64,000 bases of DNA from Phaeosaccion multiseriatum (Eukaryota > Protista > Ochrophyta, other classes), in NCBI GenBank assembly GCA_965112735.1, contig OZ218953.1:3782001-3846000 (forward strand), given 5' to 3'. The position numbers and the translations under genes are program-made. The notes below the pieces were generated by a model that did not search any database, had not been told where the DNA came from, and saw nothing but the letters and a program-made list of their open reading frames with translations. This document shows positions 49,571 through 62,349 of this stretch, piece by piece (positions within the stretch are counted from its first letter, which is position 1; the number at the start of each line of letters is the position of its first letter).

Positions 49571-52500
49571 GGAGTCAGGCATCAGGCCGTAAGAGTGTTG
49601 AGAGAGAGAGACAGAGAGGGAGTCAGGCATCAGGCCGTAAGAGTGTTGAGAGGCGGTCTGAGGGAGAAGGGAAGCCTGCGTGGCGAGGAAGGGACTAAAG
49701 AGGCGAGAAGCAAGGAGCTCTAAAATCTGATGGAGCGAGTACGTGGGGAAAAGGTCGACAAAGGAGTGCTCGCTTACCAAGATGGCAACCTTGACCACGA
49801 GCTCTACGATAAACAAAAGAGTCAAAGCGAAGTTCATCCACTCGAGCACGATGGTCATGGCCTGTGGATTGCCATGGCCATCCAAAGCGAGCACTGCCAA
49901 GTTGATGAAGATGCATAGGAACACGAACTGGATGCATTGCACAGAGAGTCAGGGAGGGAGGGGAGGGGAGGGGAGGCGGGGAGGGTGAGTATGACGAAGG
50001 GCTCCCGCCAGTGAGGAAGAATCCTGTCATCGCTACTGTATCACCAACTGCTCCTACTACTGCTACTGCTACCAAAGGGCGAATGATGGACGGGTCGAGC
50101 CTCCGTTGCCAGTCGAGTCCCTCACTGCCTTGCTACTCCTATTACTCCTGTGCCCCACTGCCTCGGCGCCTCACCTTGTTGAGCGTGCTGCCGTCACTGG
50201 TGCACATGGTCCGAGCCCTCTGCGAGCGGATGCCTCTGTAGACAAGGCCACGCAGCGACGCCCGCACCCACCGCCCCACCCTCTGCGGCCAGCTCACCCT
50301 GCCGCCCCCTCTCTCGCCTGCTCCTTCACTACTGTGTCTGTTGCCCCCATCTCCTACACCTTGCCAACCCTCCCCTCCCTCCCGCTCCTTGGCAATCGCT
50401 TTCTTGAGCAAGTTGCGGCTGCTTCTGCGCCGTAAGGAGCCTGCGCGGTGCAGAGCTGCTGCCCTTCCGCCAAGGAGAGGCATGGGGCTAGACGGGGCCG
50501 TAGTGGGGGAGCTCTCCCTCCGCTCGAGAGCCATGGAGAGGTCCTGCAGGGCCGTCGATCGAAGCGGTTGCTGCTCTCTGACGGGGGCCACCCCAAGGAC
50601 TTCCAGCAGGGTTGGTCGGAGACGAGAGCCTCCTTCGCAGGAAGATGAAGAAGAGGAGAAGGAGGAGGAAGCGGAGGAAGCTTTCTCTTCCTCTTCGTCT
50701 TCCTCTCCCTCTTCCTGTTCTGCGATGACTTCTTCTTCCCCATCAGAGCCCTTTGCGTAAGGGCCGCGAGCCCCTCGTCGCGTCTCACCTGTGGCAAGTG
50801 GGCAAAGTACACAGACAGGCATCAGCAGCACGAAAAAGACAGAGGTAGAAGGCTTCACACCACGGCAGAGGCTGCTCATTCTCCAGGGCCTTGTTTCCTC
50901 TCGCACCTTCACCTCCTTTCGTCCATACTGCGCTTCTTCTTGGGTCCTCCCGGGTCCGCTGCTCCATCTCTTGCACCGCCGCCCGAAGACCGATGGACAT
51001 TCTCCTCGCGCGCCTCCCTTCAGGCGGTAGGCACTCGGTGTTAATGTTGCTGAAGCTCCGCCGCCCCCCTACTTGAAGTTGCAGCTCCTCCTCCCCCTTA
51101 TTGAAGATGGGGCCGAGACGCGCTCGATTGGCGGCCTCCATGTCCTTCTGGATCTCCACCTGCATGCGAGGGAAGCAAGAAGAAGAATGTGAGACAATCG
51201 AAACGGCGAGTCCTCAGGGAATGAGTTGACCACCACCGCCGCTGCCCCTGGCCTACTAGAGTACACCAACAGGGAAGGGATCGGGCAGAAACGGCACACA
51301 GCGCTGCCAATGCATGCCTCCTGTGTCATCAAAAGAGGTATACTATGCCGCTCTGCTTGTACACAAAACGCACACACCATCTCCGTCCGAGGTCCACCGA
51401 TCACGTCCCATCCCCTCGCTCCGGCTCTACCCTCCCCTCCGTGCACACACACACCTCCTCCATCTCTTCCACGGCGCTCTTGCGTCTCTTTTGCTTGTTC
51501 TTTCGCTGCACTTCCGCCATCTCCTGCAAGCGCTCAGTCTGCGCGCTCTGAAAGCCGGCCATGATGGTGGCCACCACAAGATTCATGATCATGAAGGCGC
51601 CGAGTAGAATCACCACGACAAAGTACCAAAACGTGTGCTCCTGGACCCACCAACAAAGACAGAAACGCGATGGAGGAGGACGGGGGGTGAGATCATATCA
51701 GGGAGGCAATGCAGAGAGAGAAGCGGCTGTACTCTCCGGGACGCGGGCGGGGCGGAGGGTGGGGGGCGGAAGGAGCTCTTCCATCTCCTAGAAACTGTAT
51801 GGCGCTCCTCTCCAGGTGTGCCACAGTCAGTCGGCAGTCGTATCGTACCGTCATGACTGCTTGGGTGTTCCACAGAACGGCGGACCATTCCTCCAGAGTG
51901 GTGACCGCAAAGAGATTGAGGAAGGCCTGCGGTGGACAAGGGAGGAAAGTGGAAAGGTGGGAAGGTCCCGGCATACATGAGTCCGGGAGCACAAGGAGGT
52001 GACCTCAGAAGTGCTATAGATGGCCCTACTGGCTGGAGCAAATGAGCAAGGCTTTGTGACTCTCGCCACCTCGCCACCACGTGAAGCTCTCTGATTTCGC
52101 CTACGAACAGTCAGAAAGAAGCAAGCCCCAAGGAGATAGCCCGACTTTTATCTTCTGCTCTTCTGAGAGGACACTTACCCATGGGAAGCTGTCGAAGTTG
52201 ACGAAGCCTTCCTTCGGATTCTCCCCGTAGTCCATGCAGGTGTACTCGCCCTCGCAGGTGTAAGGGGTATCTAAGACATTAACGTAGCTGCAAACACCGC
52301 TGAAGGTTTCCGCTTCGATCTGGCACAGGATGCTTCCTCGGGCCTCCCAATCGACGGTCGAGTCAGAGTCAATGGACATTGGTCCCATCGTGCCGCTACC
52401 TGCTACGCTGCCAATCTCTTCTACTCCACAGCGGTGGGTGAGTATGCCACTGAAGAGGAGGACTCCGACCATGCTGGGGCAGGACAGGTCATATTATCAC

Positions 52501-53605
52501 ATCAAGTAGACCGACGGCATCGGAAGGGAAGAGAAGGAGACTTTTAAAGGGGGCAGCAGGATAAAATGGAGGAGAGGAGAGGGTGGGCATTCTCACGTGC
52601 ACACGACAATCTATGGACAGGACTAAGCTCACCTGACGATGGAAAGATAGAAGAGGAATACGCAGGCTATGAAGCTGAGGTTCTTGACGGACAAGAACAG
52701 CGACGACACCACAAACTTCAAAGAAGGGAAGCGGCGGATGGTCCGCAGCGGTCGGAGGACGCGAAGGGTCTTCAAGAAGCCCAAGTCGACGGTAGGGCCA
52801 CTGCAGGGCGTGCCCACAAGAGGGGGGGAGAAGGGGAGGGGGCTTTGAGAGGAGGCTGGTGCTTGTGGAAGGGCGGGGGGGCGGTATAGATAGGAACAGG
52901 CATGCTCGTCTACCCTCCTCCCCTCCCCACTGACCTTGAGCCACTAAGGCTGAGACCGAGCGTAGACACGCTCTCGCACACCACGACAAAGTCCAGCAGA
53001 TTCCACCCATCTTTGAAGTAGCGAGAGCCCAGCGCCACCAGCTTGAACACAAACTCGAGTGCGAAAAGGATGGTGAAGCAGACGTCACTGACGCTCCAAT
53101 ACGCGGGTACGTCATCGTCGTCCCACTTGGGGTCCTCCAGCGCAAGGAGTATGCAATTGACGAGGATGGCGCCGATAATCGCCATCTCAAAGTGCGGGTG
53201 AGAAACGAGCGCGATGAATGGCAGCTGAAACCTCCACGGCTGGCTGGTTGGAGCAGCTGCTTCACCTTCGTCGTCGTCACTCTCACAGCCATCATCCATA
53301 TCAGTCTCTCTCTTTGGGGCTCCCTCGTGAGATGTACCCTCGCCGTCGCGATTTCCTGGAGGAAGGCCTTTGCATGCTCGATACTCACCTCTCTCAGGCG
53401 GCCGCACGTCTATGGCAGATCTACTCCCTCTCGTCCTCTCCATGTGGCTGAAGGATTCGTAAGCCGAGATGTCACCCCCCCCACCCCCGCCCTCATAATC
53501 GGGGTCGCCATCGTCGAAAGAAGCAGCACTTCCTTCATCATCGCTGTTGGGAAAGCACTTCCTCACGCCTCTCTTCCTCCCTGGCCGGGGCTTCCGGAAG
53601 TCCAT
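39719..53605 (-). CDS. Four-domain voltage-gated Ca2+-type channel alpha subunit with C-terminal EF-hand-like motif, ankyrin repeats and coiled coil (~25+ exons)
   Basis: Four S4 helices (KTLRVLRPLRTIRR; RSLRTLRLFRVLRIGR; ALRPLRIINR; LRAFRVFRVVRL) and four P-loops (TLEEW, SGENW, TADGW, TAEGW); S6 segments MNLVVATI, LNLILAVV, NLFVAVI; EF-like WAALDPLGTGSI; ankyrin motifs ALHLAS, GRFPLHLAA, GSTALHLA, GRKPMDV. Confidence 0.93.
42089..42410. repeat. Intronic (GGGA)n microsatellite
   Basis: Directly visible. Confidence 0.92.
44558..44680. repeat. Intronic (GGCA)n microsatellite
   Basis: Directly visible. Confidence 0.85.
46579..46838. repeat. Intronic (GGAA)n microsatellite (a shorter one lies at ~40884-40950)
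   Basis: Directly visible. Confidence 0.92.
49561..49652. repeat. 48-bp tandem duplication in an intron
   Basis: AGACAGAGAGGGAGTCAGGCATCAGGCCGTAAGAGTGTTGAG occurs twice with period 48. Confidence 0.9.
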
Positions 53606-53808
53606 CGCTATCGTAGCCCTCGAAACCGCGCAATCGTGAAGTGCATGCTAATCCTACAGCTGTCTTAGCTGTGTGCTTTTTGGTTTCTTGAGGTGCAGGG
53701 TTTTCTAGGGCGGGGATTGTATGTGTAACCGTATCGGGTGCCATCCCGCCTGCCTTAAAGTAAAGCTCGTCCCCCCTTCCCCACTTAAGAAGGAGCTGTA
53801 CCTCGAGG

Positions 53809-56150
53809 ATGGCTAAGCTGTTTCTTGCTGTAGTGCTACTCCTTGTCGCTGCTGCGTGTCAGGCATTCTGTTCGTTTCCTTCTTGCTCTTTGCGAGGCCA
53901 ACAGCCGAGGTCTCGAGGCCAGGAGGAGCAGGAGCCGCAGATCTGGCAGAGGACGTTGTGTCTGCAGGCATGGGGTGGGGCAGGCTTCGGAAGAGGTCTC
54001 GGCGAGAGGCCAGTGGGGCAGTTGTGGAGTATGGCTTCGGCCTCAGCTGCTTTGGTGAAAGAGGAGAAGGAGGAGGAGGACGCGCAGCGGCAGCGAGCGC
54101 GCGAGGCGGTGGATGCCGCTACAGAAAAGCTGCTCCCCACCTTCCACGCTATCGACAAGAAGACCCAAGTCACGCTGCGCAAGGTACTGGAGGCCTTTCG
54201 GGAGGCCCGCGTAGACCCTAACAACTTTGCGGGGGTGGACGGGTACGGACACGGAGACATTGGCCGCGACGCGTTGGGCGAGATTTACGCCACTCTCTTC
54301 AAGGCCGAGAGTGCCCTGGTGAGTAGAGCATATGCCTTGTCTTGAGGGCCAAACAGCGTGTGGGATCAACAGGCGTGGCTGCAACAGAAGGCGTGTTTCA
54401 AGTCCACCCAAAGTGATCTCCCAATCTCCCATGCTTGGCCTCTGTTCCCTTGCAATGCTGATTCGCTTGCTTCTACGCGTTTCATTGGCGCCCCCAGATT
54501 CGAGTGCAATGCTTCAGTGGTACCCACGCCATCGCCTGCGCGTTATTCGGGGTGTTAAGGCCGGGACACAAGATGCTCGCAATCTCGGGACCTCCGTACG
54601 ACACGCTAGACGAGGTCATCGGAACGAGACTGCCCGCAGCAGGTGAGGGCCGGGCCGATGTATGGAGTTGAAGAGGGCTGGTGCATGGAGTTAGAGACCA
54701 TTTCAGGAGCTCGAGGACGAGGAGGGTCACATGCCTCGGCCTCTCACAATGCTCTTCTCGAGAGGCGGTGCCAGGTCCTGACGCCTCTACTCCTGCTCCT
54801 CGTTCCCCCTGCAGATACATTCGCCGAGGATCCCCTCTCCAGCGGCCTCGTCGGAAATCTTGGCGAGTTTGGCGTGTCCTACCAAGAGGTGCCCCTGACG
54901 GACGAGGGGCTCTTCAACCTGCAGGACATTGATGCCGCCCTTCACTTGGACCCGAGCATCCGCCTTTTGCACATCCAACGCTCCTGCGGCTACCAGTGGA
55001 GACCCTCCATACCCATCGCCGAGATTGAGCGCTTGGTGAGGCACATTGACGCCGAGTGGGCGCATCGCCGGTCTGAGCTCGTCATCTTTGTGGACAATTG
55101 CTACGGAGAGTTCGTGGAGGAAAGGGAGCCCACGGCGGTGGGTGTGGATCTCATTGCAGGGAGTCTCATCAAGAATCCAGGAGGAACCCTGGTCAAGTCA
55201 GGTACTGTTCTGCTTCCTGCTTCTTCTCCTTGTGTGTTGGCTTGTTGTGCCACCCGAGGATTCTCCCTGGTCCTGGTCACGTCATCCTTCCCCCTCGCTC
55301 CCCACGGCAACACACCCAGGAAGCACCTTACCAATGCGGACTGCTATCCCTGCCTTTGTTATACCGCACCCCTCCACCGCAGGCGGTTATGTGGCGGGAA
55401 AGAGAGACTTGGTGCGTGCCGCTTCCAACCGCATGGGAGCTCCGGGGGTGGACGGAGGGGCCACTCTGGGGCAGAACAGCGCTCTCTACCAGGGGTTATT
55501 CCTGGCCCCGACCATGGTGGGAGAGAGCCTAAAGGGGGCCCACCTGCTGGCAGAGGTGTTTGCGCAGAGGGGTATGCCGACCAATCCGCCGCGGGGCGGG
55601 GAGCACCTGCGCACAGACATTATACAGGTGAGTGCGTGCGTGGCTTTATATTTGTCAAGGGGTGTGCTTTCCCTCGTATTGATATGTACAAATCCACCAT
55701 CTTTCCATCAATCTGCGTATTCCCCAGGCGATCCAGCTGGGCAGTCGCTCGGCTGTGGTGGACTTTTGCCAAGTGGTCCAGAAGTTCAGTCCCGTGGGTG
55801 CTCACTACAAGCCAGGTAACGGGGGGCGACTTTTCCGCCCAATTAACTTGGGATGCAGTGTCAGAAAGGCTTTTCTTAAGTGTCTTGTGAGCGTGTATCC
55901 TGCCTGCCCATAACGCCACTGCCCCGCCTCCCTGCCCTCCTCAGTGCCAGGGAGCAGCCCCGGCTACGGCGACGAGGTGATCTTCGCAGACGGCACCTTT
56001 GTGGACGGTAGCACGCTTGAGCTGTCAGCAGATGGGCCCCTCAGAGAGCCCTTCGTGGTGTTTGCACAGGGCTGCACGCACTGGAGCCACTGGGCCATCA
56101 TCCTGGAGGAGGCTTTGCTGAAGATGGACGCCGAAGAGCCCCACCAATAG
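53809..56150 (+). CDS. YnbB / aluminium-resistance / methionine-gamma-lyase-family PLP enzyme, probably plastid-targeted
   Basis: Motifs GVDGYGHGDIGRDAL, SGTHAIACALFGVLRPG, IQRSCGY, FVDNCYGEFVE, IAGSLIKNPGG (PLP lysine), RTDIIQA, DGTFVDGSTLELSADGPLREP; leader MAKLFLAVVLLLVAAACQA-F. Confidence 0.93.
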
Positions 56151-56422
56151 ACTGCCTCGAGTCCAGAGCGTGGCTGTAGCTGCATAGGCTGGGTCTCTGA
56201 GCCAACTCTCCGCCCTTCTCCACACGGCGGCGGCCCGCGATGAGTCCTCAGGCTTGACGGGCGGCGGGGGGATCGCTGACTGCTCATGGGCATGCTCATG
56301 GGCATATTCCTCTTCCTTTCTTCCGTCGACGTGGAGCTTCTTCTTGCCATGACCTTCGTTCATGAGCATTGTTTTGAAGCTCCGCCAGCAGCGGGAGGGG
56401 GGCGGGAGATGAGGCTATCGTA

Positions 56423-58831
56423 TCAGAGCAGGCCTTTGAGGAGATGCGCAAGGCCTCTCACCACTAGACCCGGCCTGCCCCGCCCGTCCGTCGGCTGTTG
56501 CTGCTCCTGCTGCTGCTCCTGCTGCTGCTGCGGCTCCTGCCTGTACTCTGTGGCATGCTCGAGGAGGCCCTCCCACTCGGATTGGAGGCTGGCCTGCAGC
56601 TGCTCGGAAGTGGTGATGAGGTAGATATTGCTCTCCAGGTCTCTGTCCACAGAGCGGTTACCCAGGTTGCTGGAGCCAACCATGCTCACCACGGGGCCGC
56701 TGTGTGAGGGGGCCTGGGGAGCAGCGCCACTACCACCATCACCATTTTCGTCTTGCCAGCCCCAGATACCCTTGGCATGAAACGTCCACCCAGCGCGCTC
56801 GTAGAGCATGACGTGGAGGGCCTCCTTCTTGGTGGTTTGGTTCATTAGCGACTCGTACAGTTTCGGAACGCTGGAGGGTGGGACAGGCGGCAAGGAGGAA
56901 GAAACTTGAGTCATGAGAGACAAGCCAATCGAAAGAAACGGCGTGAAGGGAGGGTTGCAGGACCGGTGCTACACAGAGAAGATAGGGCAGGGTTTAGATT
57001 TGACACTGGGACGCTGTGCTCTCTCATGCTGAGATACCGGTGTGGAACATGTGAGCCTCGCCTTCTCTGTGCGCCCCTTCCTAAGGCAATTCTCAGTTCT
57101 TTGACTTACATTGCTTTCACTCCTTGCGCCCCTGCGAACCCGTGAGAGGCGGGGCCCGAGGACAGAATAGTGGCGCTCCTCTGAATAGCCCCAGATTCCT
57201 GGAGAGGAGCGACGAGCGGCGACAGAAAGCGCGCGGGGAAGTTCATGTAGGCCGAAGACAAGGCCACGCGCTGAAGCAAACCCCTTCCCCGCTGCTGCTG
57301 CTGCTGCTGCTGCTGCTGTAGTGAGCGTAGCAAGGCCAGAGTGGTGGTCTCGTCCCAGCGGATCCCGAGGGGGGCAAACTGGAGAGAAGGCAAGAGCCAA
57401 ACATTGGCTTCTCGTCCTCCTCCTTCCCTGCTGCTACTGGCTTCTGGTCCTGTTCCTGCCCTGCTGCTGCTCGGCATTCCCACCCCTTCGGCGTTGCTCA
57501 CGTCCTCTCCCTCCTCGGCTGGCGGTGACTTTCCCTCCTCCACGGCGGAGGTCGGCAAGTCCTCCCCGGACGATCCATCCTCCACTCCAGAGGAGGGGAC
57601 GTCCTCGAGAAAGAGCGTCTCCAGCTTTGCCCGCAGAACCGCGTTGCCTACATTCGACCCTGGCTGGCGAACGGCAGATCCGTCGGCTTGGACCTGCACA
57701 GAGGCCCCCGCGAGAGTCATGACCATCTCGTGGTATAAGTTCGATATATCGTTGTCCTTCACGCTCATGTAGCGGTCTTGTCGATCTGCGGGGGGGTGGG
57801 GGGGGGAAGGGGGATGGTCAGACTGTTGTTTCATGTATTGACTCTTCATGCACTCCCCTCCAAAGAGAGTCCGAGGTGTCAAGTCGGAGTGGACCGCGGC
57901 ATATGGAGAGTTGCGAATATGTCCAGTCGCCGAACCAAAATCAAACCCACCTGTAAAGTAGTCATTCGATAGATTTGCCCCAGTCATGATAAGGTCGCGG
58001 TCGAAGACGCAACTGAGAGTCGCAGGGAAAAGGAAATATGCCATACATGGGTTGCCCCATATGAGCTGAAGTAAATCACTCCTTCACGCAATCAGGAAGG
58101 GAGGAGGGAATGAAGAACGGCTGATTCGGGGGGAGGAAGAAGGGCTTATTCACTTAATCACTCGCTCACTCCCTCCCTCCCTCCCTTGACTCACTCACTC
58201 ACTCACTCCACTCCCTTCACTCCCCCACTCACCACTTCAAGTGGGACACCGCGACTGTCTCGTTCAGAGGCGAGGGGATACGACTTGACGCGGGGCCTCG
58301 CAGCTGGGGCATTTGAAACAGAGACACATTGCACTGCGATGGAAAGCGAGCCACGAGAGGGGCAAGCACTGTACAGCTGTTGTGTGATCCTCTCTGCCCC
58401 CGAGAATGGTCCACCACGATCTGAAGCTGAAGATGCGGGTACCTTGTTAGCTGCTGCTTCAAACCTAAAAGACGGTGGAGGGATGGGGGAGGGGAAGCGC
58501 AGGAGCATAAACATAATTATCAGGTACCAAATAAATCCCTTCAGCACCGACCTTGAACCAGAGCCGCCTCCTTGGCCCCTGTCCCGAAATACAGCGAACA
58601 TAGCGTAATTCTCTCCTTAGCTGTCCCCACTGCACTGAGGATGGAATTGTAAAACTCGAGAGGGGTGCGCAAGAGCAAGATGTTGTCCGCATGTGCCGGA
58701 AAGCTTCGAGGACAACGCCCACGATTCCTTGGAAGCGACTGCAGAGAGGATCGCAGCGTTCGGTACAAGTCCCTCGCGCACAAATTTCGGACTTCTGCGG
58801 CTGCTGCTGCTGCCGGTGGCGGTACTCCCAT
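56423..58831 (-). CDS. PGS1: Phosphatidylglycerophosphate synthase (PLD superfamily)
   Basis: Motifs PLEFYNSIL..AKERITLCSLYFG, VDHSRGQR, spliced HLKCCVFD..TGANLSNDYFTDRQDRY, SSAYMNF, GWTFHAKG, GSSNLGNRSVDRDLE. Confidence 0.92.
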
Positions 58832-59008
58832 TCGCCCACGCGAAAGCTAAACTAAACTGGTCGATCCGGCTCGGCGGGGCGCCAGGCTGGATCACCAACC
58901 CACATACTTTGGAGTCACAGATGGGCCTTCCGCTCCCTCATCCATCACTTTTATTTTTCTCCGCTCCTGCACGCTTGCCACACTCTTATCACACTCTTAC
59001 CCAAAGTG

Positions 59009-60311
59009 ATGGCCAGCGACTCGGACTCAGATGATTCAGACTACGTCCCCGGAGGTGAGAGGACCTGGGGACCTTCAAAATCGCCCCACAACACTTAGCT
59101 TTTGCGCTCTCTCCTTACTCTAACCCGCAGCTGACGATGATGCAAAGGACGATGGACCCTCTCCTGAGGGAGACGACACGACTGTCGGGGGGGGTATACG
59201 GCCTGGCAAGCGAAGCGCCATCAACGACATGTGGGGCGAGATGAATGGCGGTGGCGCATCAGTGGTAGACGATGATTTGGCTGGATTGGCCGAAGAAGAA
59301 GCAGAGCAACGGCAGGCAGGCACAAAGAAGAAGGGAGGCAAGGGAAGCAGGCTTTCGAACAAGAGGGAGCGAGCCTCCCCGAGTGCGAAGGATGTGTTGT
59401 CGGGTCTGTTCGGGAAGAAGGCTGCTGGAACCATGATTAGAAATATAGTGGCTTCCCAAGCTGTCAACGGGAAAGGAAAGAAGCGGAAGAGAAAAGGCGA
59501 AGGCGGAGAGAGTAAGGGGGGGGGGGAGGTGCCGAACGATGTAGCGGAGAAGACGAAGAAGAAAAGGAAGAGAAAGACAGAGCAGATCGGAGCGAAGACA
59601 GGGTCGGCACCGTCGATGAGTAGGGAGGAAATGCTGGCCGTAGTGGCGGGAGTAAAAGCCAAGATGGGCACAGTTGAAGTGGAGGAGGTGAGTGGCAAGT
59701 GCAAGTGAAGCGGGGAAGTCTGAAGAGCATTGCGTAAATTCATTATGGAGAGACTCCACATCCAGACGGATGAGTTAGTCTGAATCCGTGGACCCTGCAC
59801 TTTCGATCCGTCCTCATGCGCAGGTGAAGAAGTTTGCTGGGCAAAAGATTGTTGTGAAGCGGAGCGTACAAAAGGGCTCCGAGGAGGAGAAACAGCTCAA
59901 AGAAAAGGCAGCAGCATCTTCCAGCTCCACGGGTCTGGATGCAGTCCTGAGCACGATTGGGGGGCCACAGAAGGTCAACACCGTGGACAAGAGCAGTATG
60001 GACTGGGACGACTACAAGGAGAAGGAAGGGCTGGACGAAGAGCTCAGCAAGGTGCGTGGATGGGCTGCCCCCCAAACCCTTAACCTGAAGTCTCCTTCTC
60101 ACTATATATGCTCAAGTCGCACCATGTCATTGACGAGTCCTGTCCTTCTTTGTGCCTCTTCGATACGCTTCACTCATTTTGCCCTCGTCAGGTGACAAAG
60201 GATGGGGCTGGCTATCTCAACAAGCAGGACTTCCTGGACCGTGTGGACCACAGACAATTTGAGATTGAGCGAGGGGCGAGGGAGGCGAAGAGAGCAGCGG
60301 CCTCCAAGTGA
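59009..60311 (+). CDS. CFDP1: BCNT-domain protein (CFDP1/SWC5, SWR1-complex subunit)
   Basis: N-terminal SDSDSDDSDYVP; KFAGQKIVV; GLDAVLSTI..KVNTVDKSSMDWDDYK..GLDEEL..GYLNKQDFLDRVDHRQFEIER. Confidence 0.9.
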
Positions 60312-61468
60312 ACCCTGCTGCTGCATGTAGTACAAGAGAGGGTTGTCTACACGAGAGTGGTCGAGTGGCATGTACAAAGAGGTCAATAAAGTGCAGCTCA
60401 GACGGTGTGAGGAGCCCGTCCTCGGGAGGGTATTTCAAAGATGATGCCCCATGACGAGGAGGGAGGGGCTGGTCGAAGGAGGCTCCCATCCGTCCGAGCT
60501 TGGTCTGAAGGGAGTCCAACCGGGTGAGGAGTACGTCGGGTCTCTCTCGTTGAAGCGGATGGATCGTGAGGTCGATGATCTATCTCACGGTCATGAGCAA
60601 CTAACCAGCATCCTTCTTTTCCTTAGAGGCTCGGTGAAGTGCTGCTCACACGTGTTGCTGCTCAAATTTACCTGTCTGGTGGATCCCTTCCCCATCGAGG
60701 ATGAGGAAGAGGCAAGAGGATACACGTAGAGGTGTCCGGCTCGATGTTCAGATTATAATAATATAAGAAAATCTATGATCTACTGCGTCTCCCAACATCA
60801 ACTGGCCTTAGGCTTTCCCCAGGCTCCTTGCTCTGAAGGATCGGCATCCACACATTTTCGTGCACTAGTATCCGGCTCTCCTCGCCAGACGCCCCTCGAT
60901 ACAAGACACGATAGCAGTCTATAAAGGCCCAGGAACAACGTCGTGAAGGGCAGAATGGCGATAAAAAGCACAACGGCCAAGACCCTACCTATAGCGTCGA
61001 ACCTGGTTTTCTTCCGTCGCCCCTCACCATCGAGGACTGCCGTCCCATCGAAGTAACACTGCTGCTGCAAGCCGTAGTCCACCCCCCAACCCCCGCCTTC
61101 TTCCCAGCCCCCTAACCTCTCTCCAGCAGGAGCAGCCTCGTCCGCTGATATAAGTTCCGAGTCTTGCCTCTGTCCTTCAGCCAGTCCTTCCTGCTCTGAT
61201 GTTACTGCACCTAATGTTGGCACCGTCATTCGCATCCCCTTCTGTAGCACGTGTGCTGCTTACCCCGAGAGGCTCGCCCGGCACCTCCCTTTACTTTCCT
61301 CTCTTCTCTAGAGAGTCCTCCTTCTATCTTGAAGTCAAGTGAAGAAAGCAAGAACCCATTCCAATCCTCTTTAAGAAGCACACGAGCGAAGCAAAGCAAT
61401 AAGCAAAGCAAAGAAGGAAAAGAAAGGAAATGAGAATCGAAAGGAATTAACGAATTAACGGCGACCAA
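60217..61468 (-). CDS. Possible hypothetical gene with one hydrophobic segment; structure uncertain
   Basis: Coding-like ORFs at 60798-61250 (RVLAVVLFIAILPFTTLFLGLY) and 60217-60579 with plausible splice sites; no recognisable family. Confidence 0.3.
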
Positions 61469-61686
61469 GTAAGCAAGTTGGTTCTACAGTATTCATTCCA
61501 GCCCGCTCCCGGTGGAATAGATGCAATGCAAAGGTGAGGAAGGAGCAGCGCGGCAATCGTTACCAAGAAGATCAGTAGTTGAGGCAGCTTGTATCAAAGA
61601 ACACCGGAAGCAGAGGACGAGCCAAAAAACGAGAACAATACCTGAAAAGGGGGGGAAGACGGAAGGGGAAGGGGCGGCTGGGGGGG

Positions 61687-62349
61687 ATGATGGGAGGGCA
61701 AACGCAGGAGAATGAAGAGAAGGAGAAGCAACAGAAGGACGCGAAGCAGGCCCTTCTACAGCTTCTGCATGGAGGAAGCTCGGCCAGTGCCGTAGCCGGG
61801 GCAACCGGGGGGGGGAAGAGTAGTACTCCTTCGGCGACCCCCAAGTCGACACCAAAGGCGACCCCGAAGCAAGCCGCTGCAGCAGGAGGAGGGGGGGCTT
61901 CGGGGAAGGGGAAGACTCCGCCCCAAGTTCCAAGGTCAAAGTCAGATACTGATCCGCAAAAGCCACGTCAGGGGAAAACGACTTCAAAGGACAAGAGGAG
62001 CAAGACACCCAACAAGCAGTCGCAGGATCAGACGGAGAGAGCACGGACACCGAATAGGAAAGCAAGTCCTGCCAAAGGGCAGCAGTTTTCACAACAGAAT
62101 GGCAAAGGTGCCAAACAGCAGCAGCAGGCTTTTGCCTATTCAGCCTTCCAAAACTCTCCTGATCCCAAGTGCCTACCCATGCCTCCTTTTTTTAGTGACG
62201 ATGAGGAGGAGGAGGAAGAGAAAAAGGTCGCATCGCCTACACAAACCCCACGTTCCACACCTGCAACAGCATCACCAATAGGAGGGGCACGAGGACTGAC
62301 GGAGCATCAACTTCAGAGCGAGAGGCTCAAGAGGACACTGGGAATCTGA
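61687..62349 (+). CDS. PNRC2/Edc1-like disordered mRNA-decapping activator candidate
   Basis: Disordered K/P/T-rich ORF with FAYSAFQNSPDPKCLPMPPF (activation-like motif + LPxP) and helical ALLQLL and LKRTLGI motifs; start codon uncertain. Confidence 0.7.
   Translation: MMGGQTQENEEKEKQQKDAKQALLQLLHGGSSASAVAGATGGGKSSTPSATPKSTPKATPKQAAAAGGGGASGKGKTPPQVPRSKSDTDPQKPRQGKTTSKDKRSKTPNKQSQDQTERARTPNRKASPAKGQQFSQQNGKGAKQQQQAFAYSAFQNSPDPKCLPMPPFFSDDEEEEEEKKVASPTQTPRSTPATASPIGGARGLTEHQLQSERLKRTLGI

Noticed and set aside
2248-62349. An RNA-metabolism gene cluster (CPSF30-YTH, deaminase, RNase III, PNRC-like)
   Set aside because: The genes are spread over 60 kb among unrelated housekeeping genes, consistent with chance.
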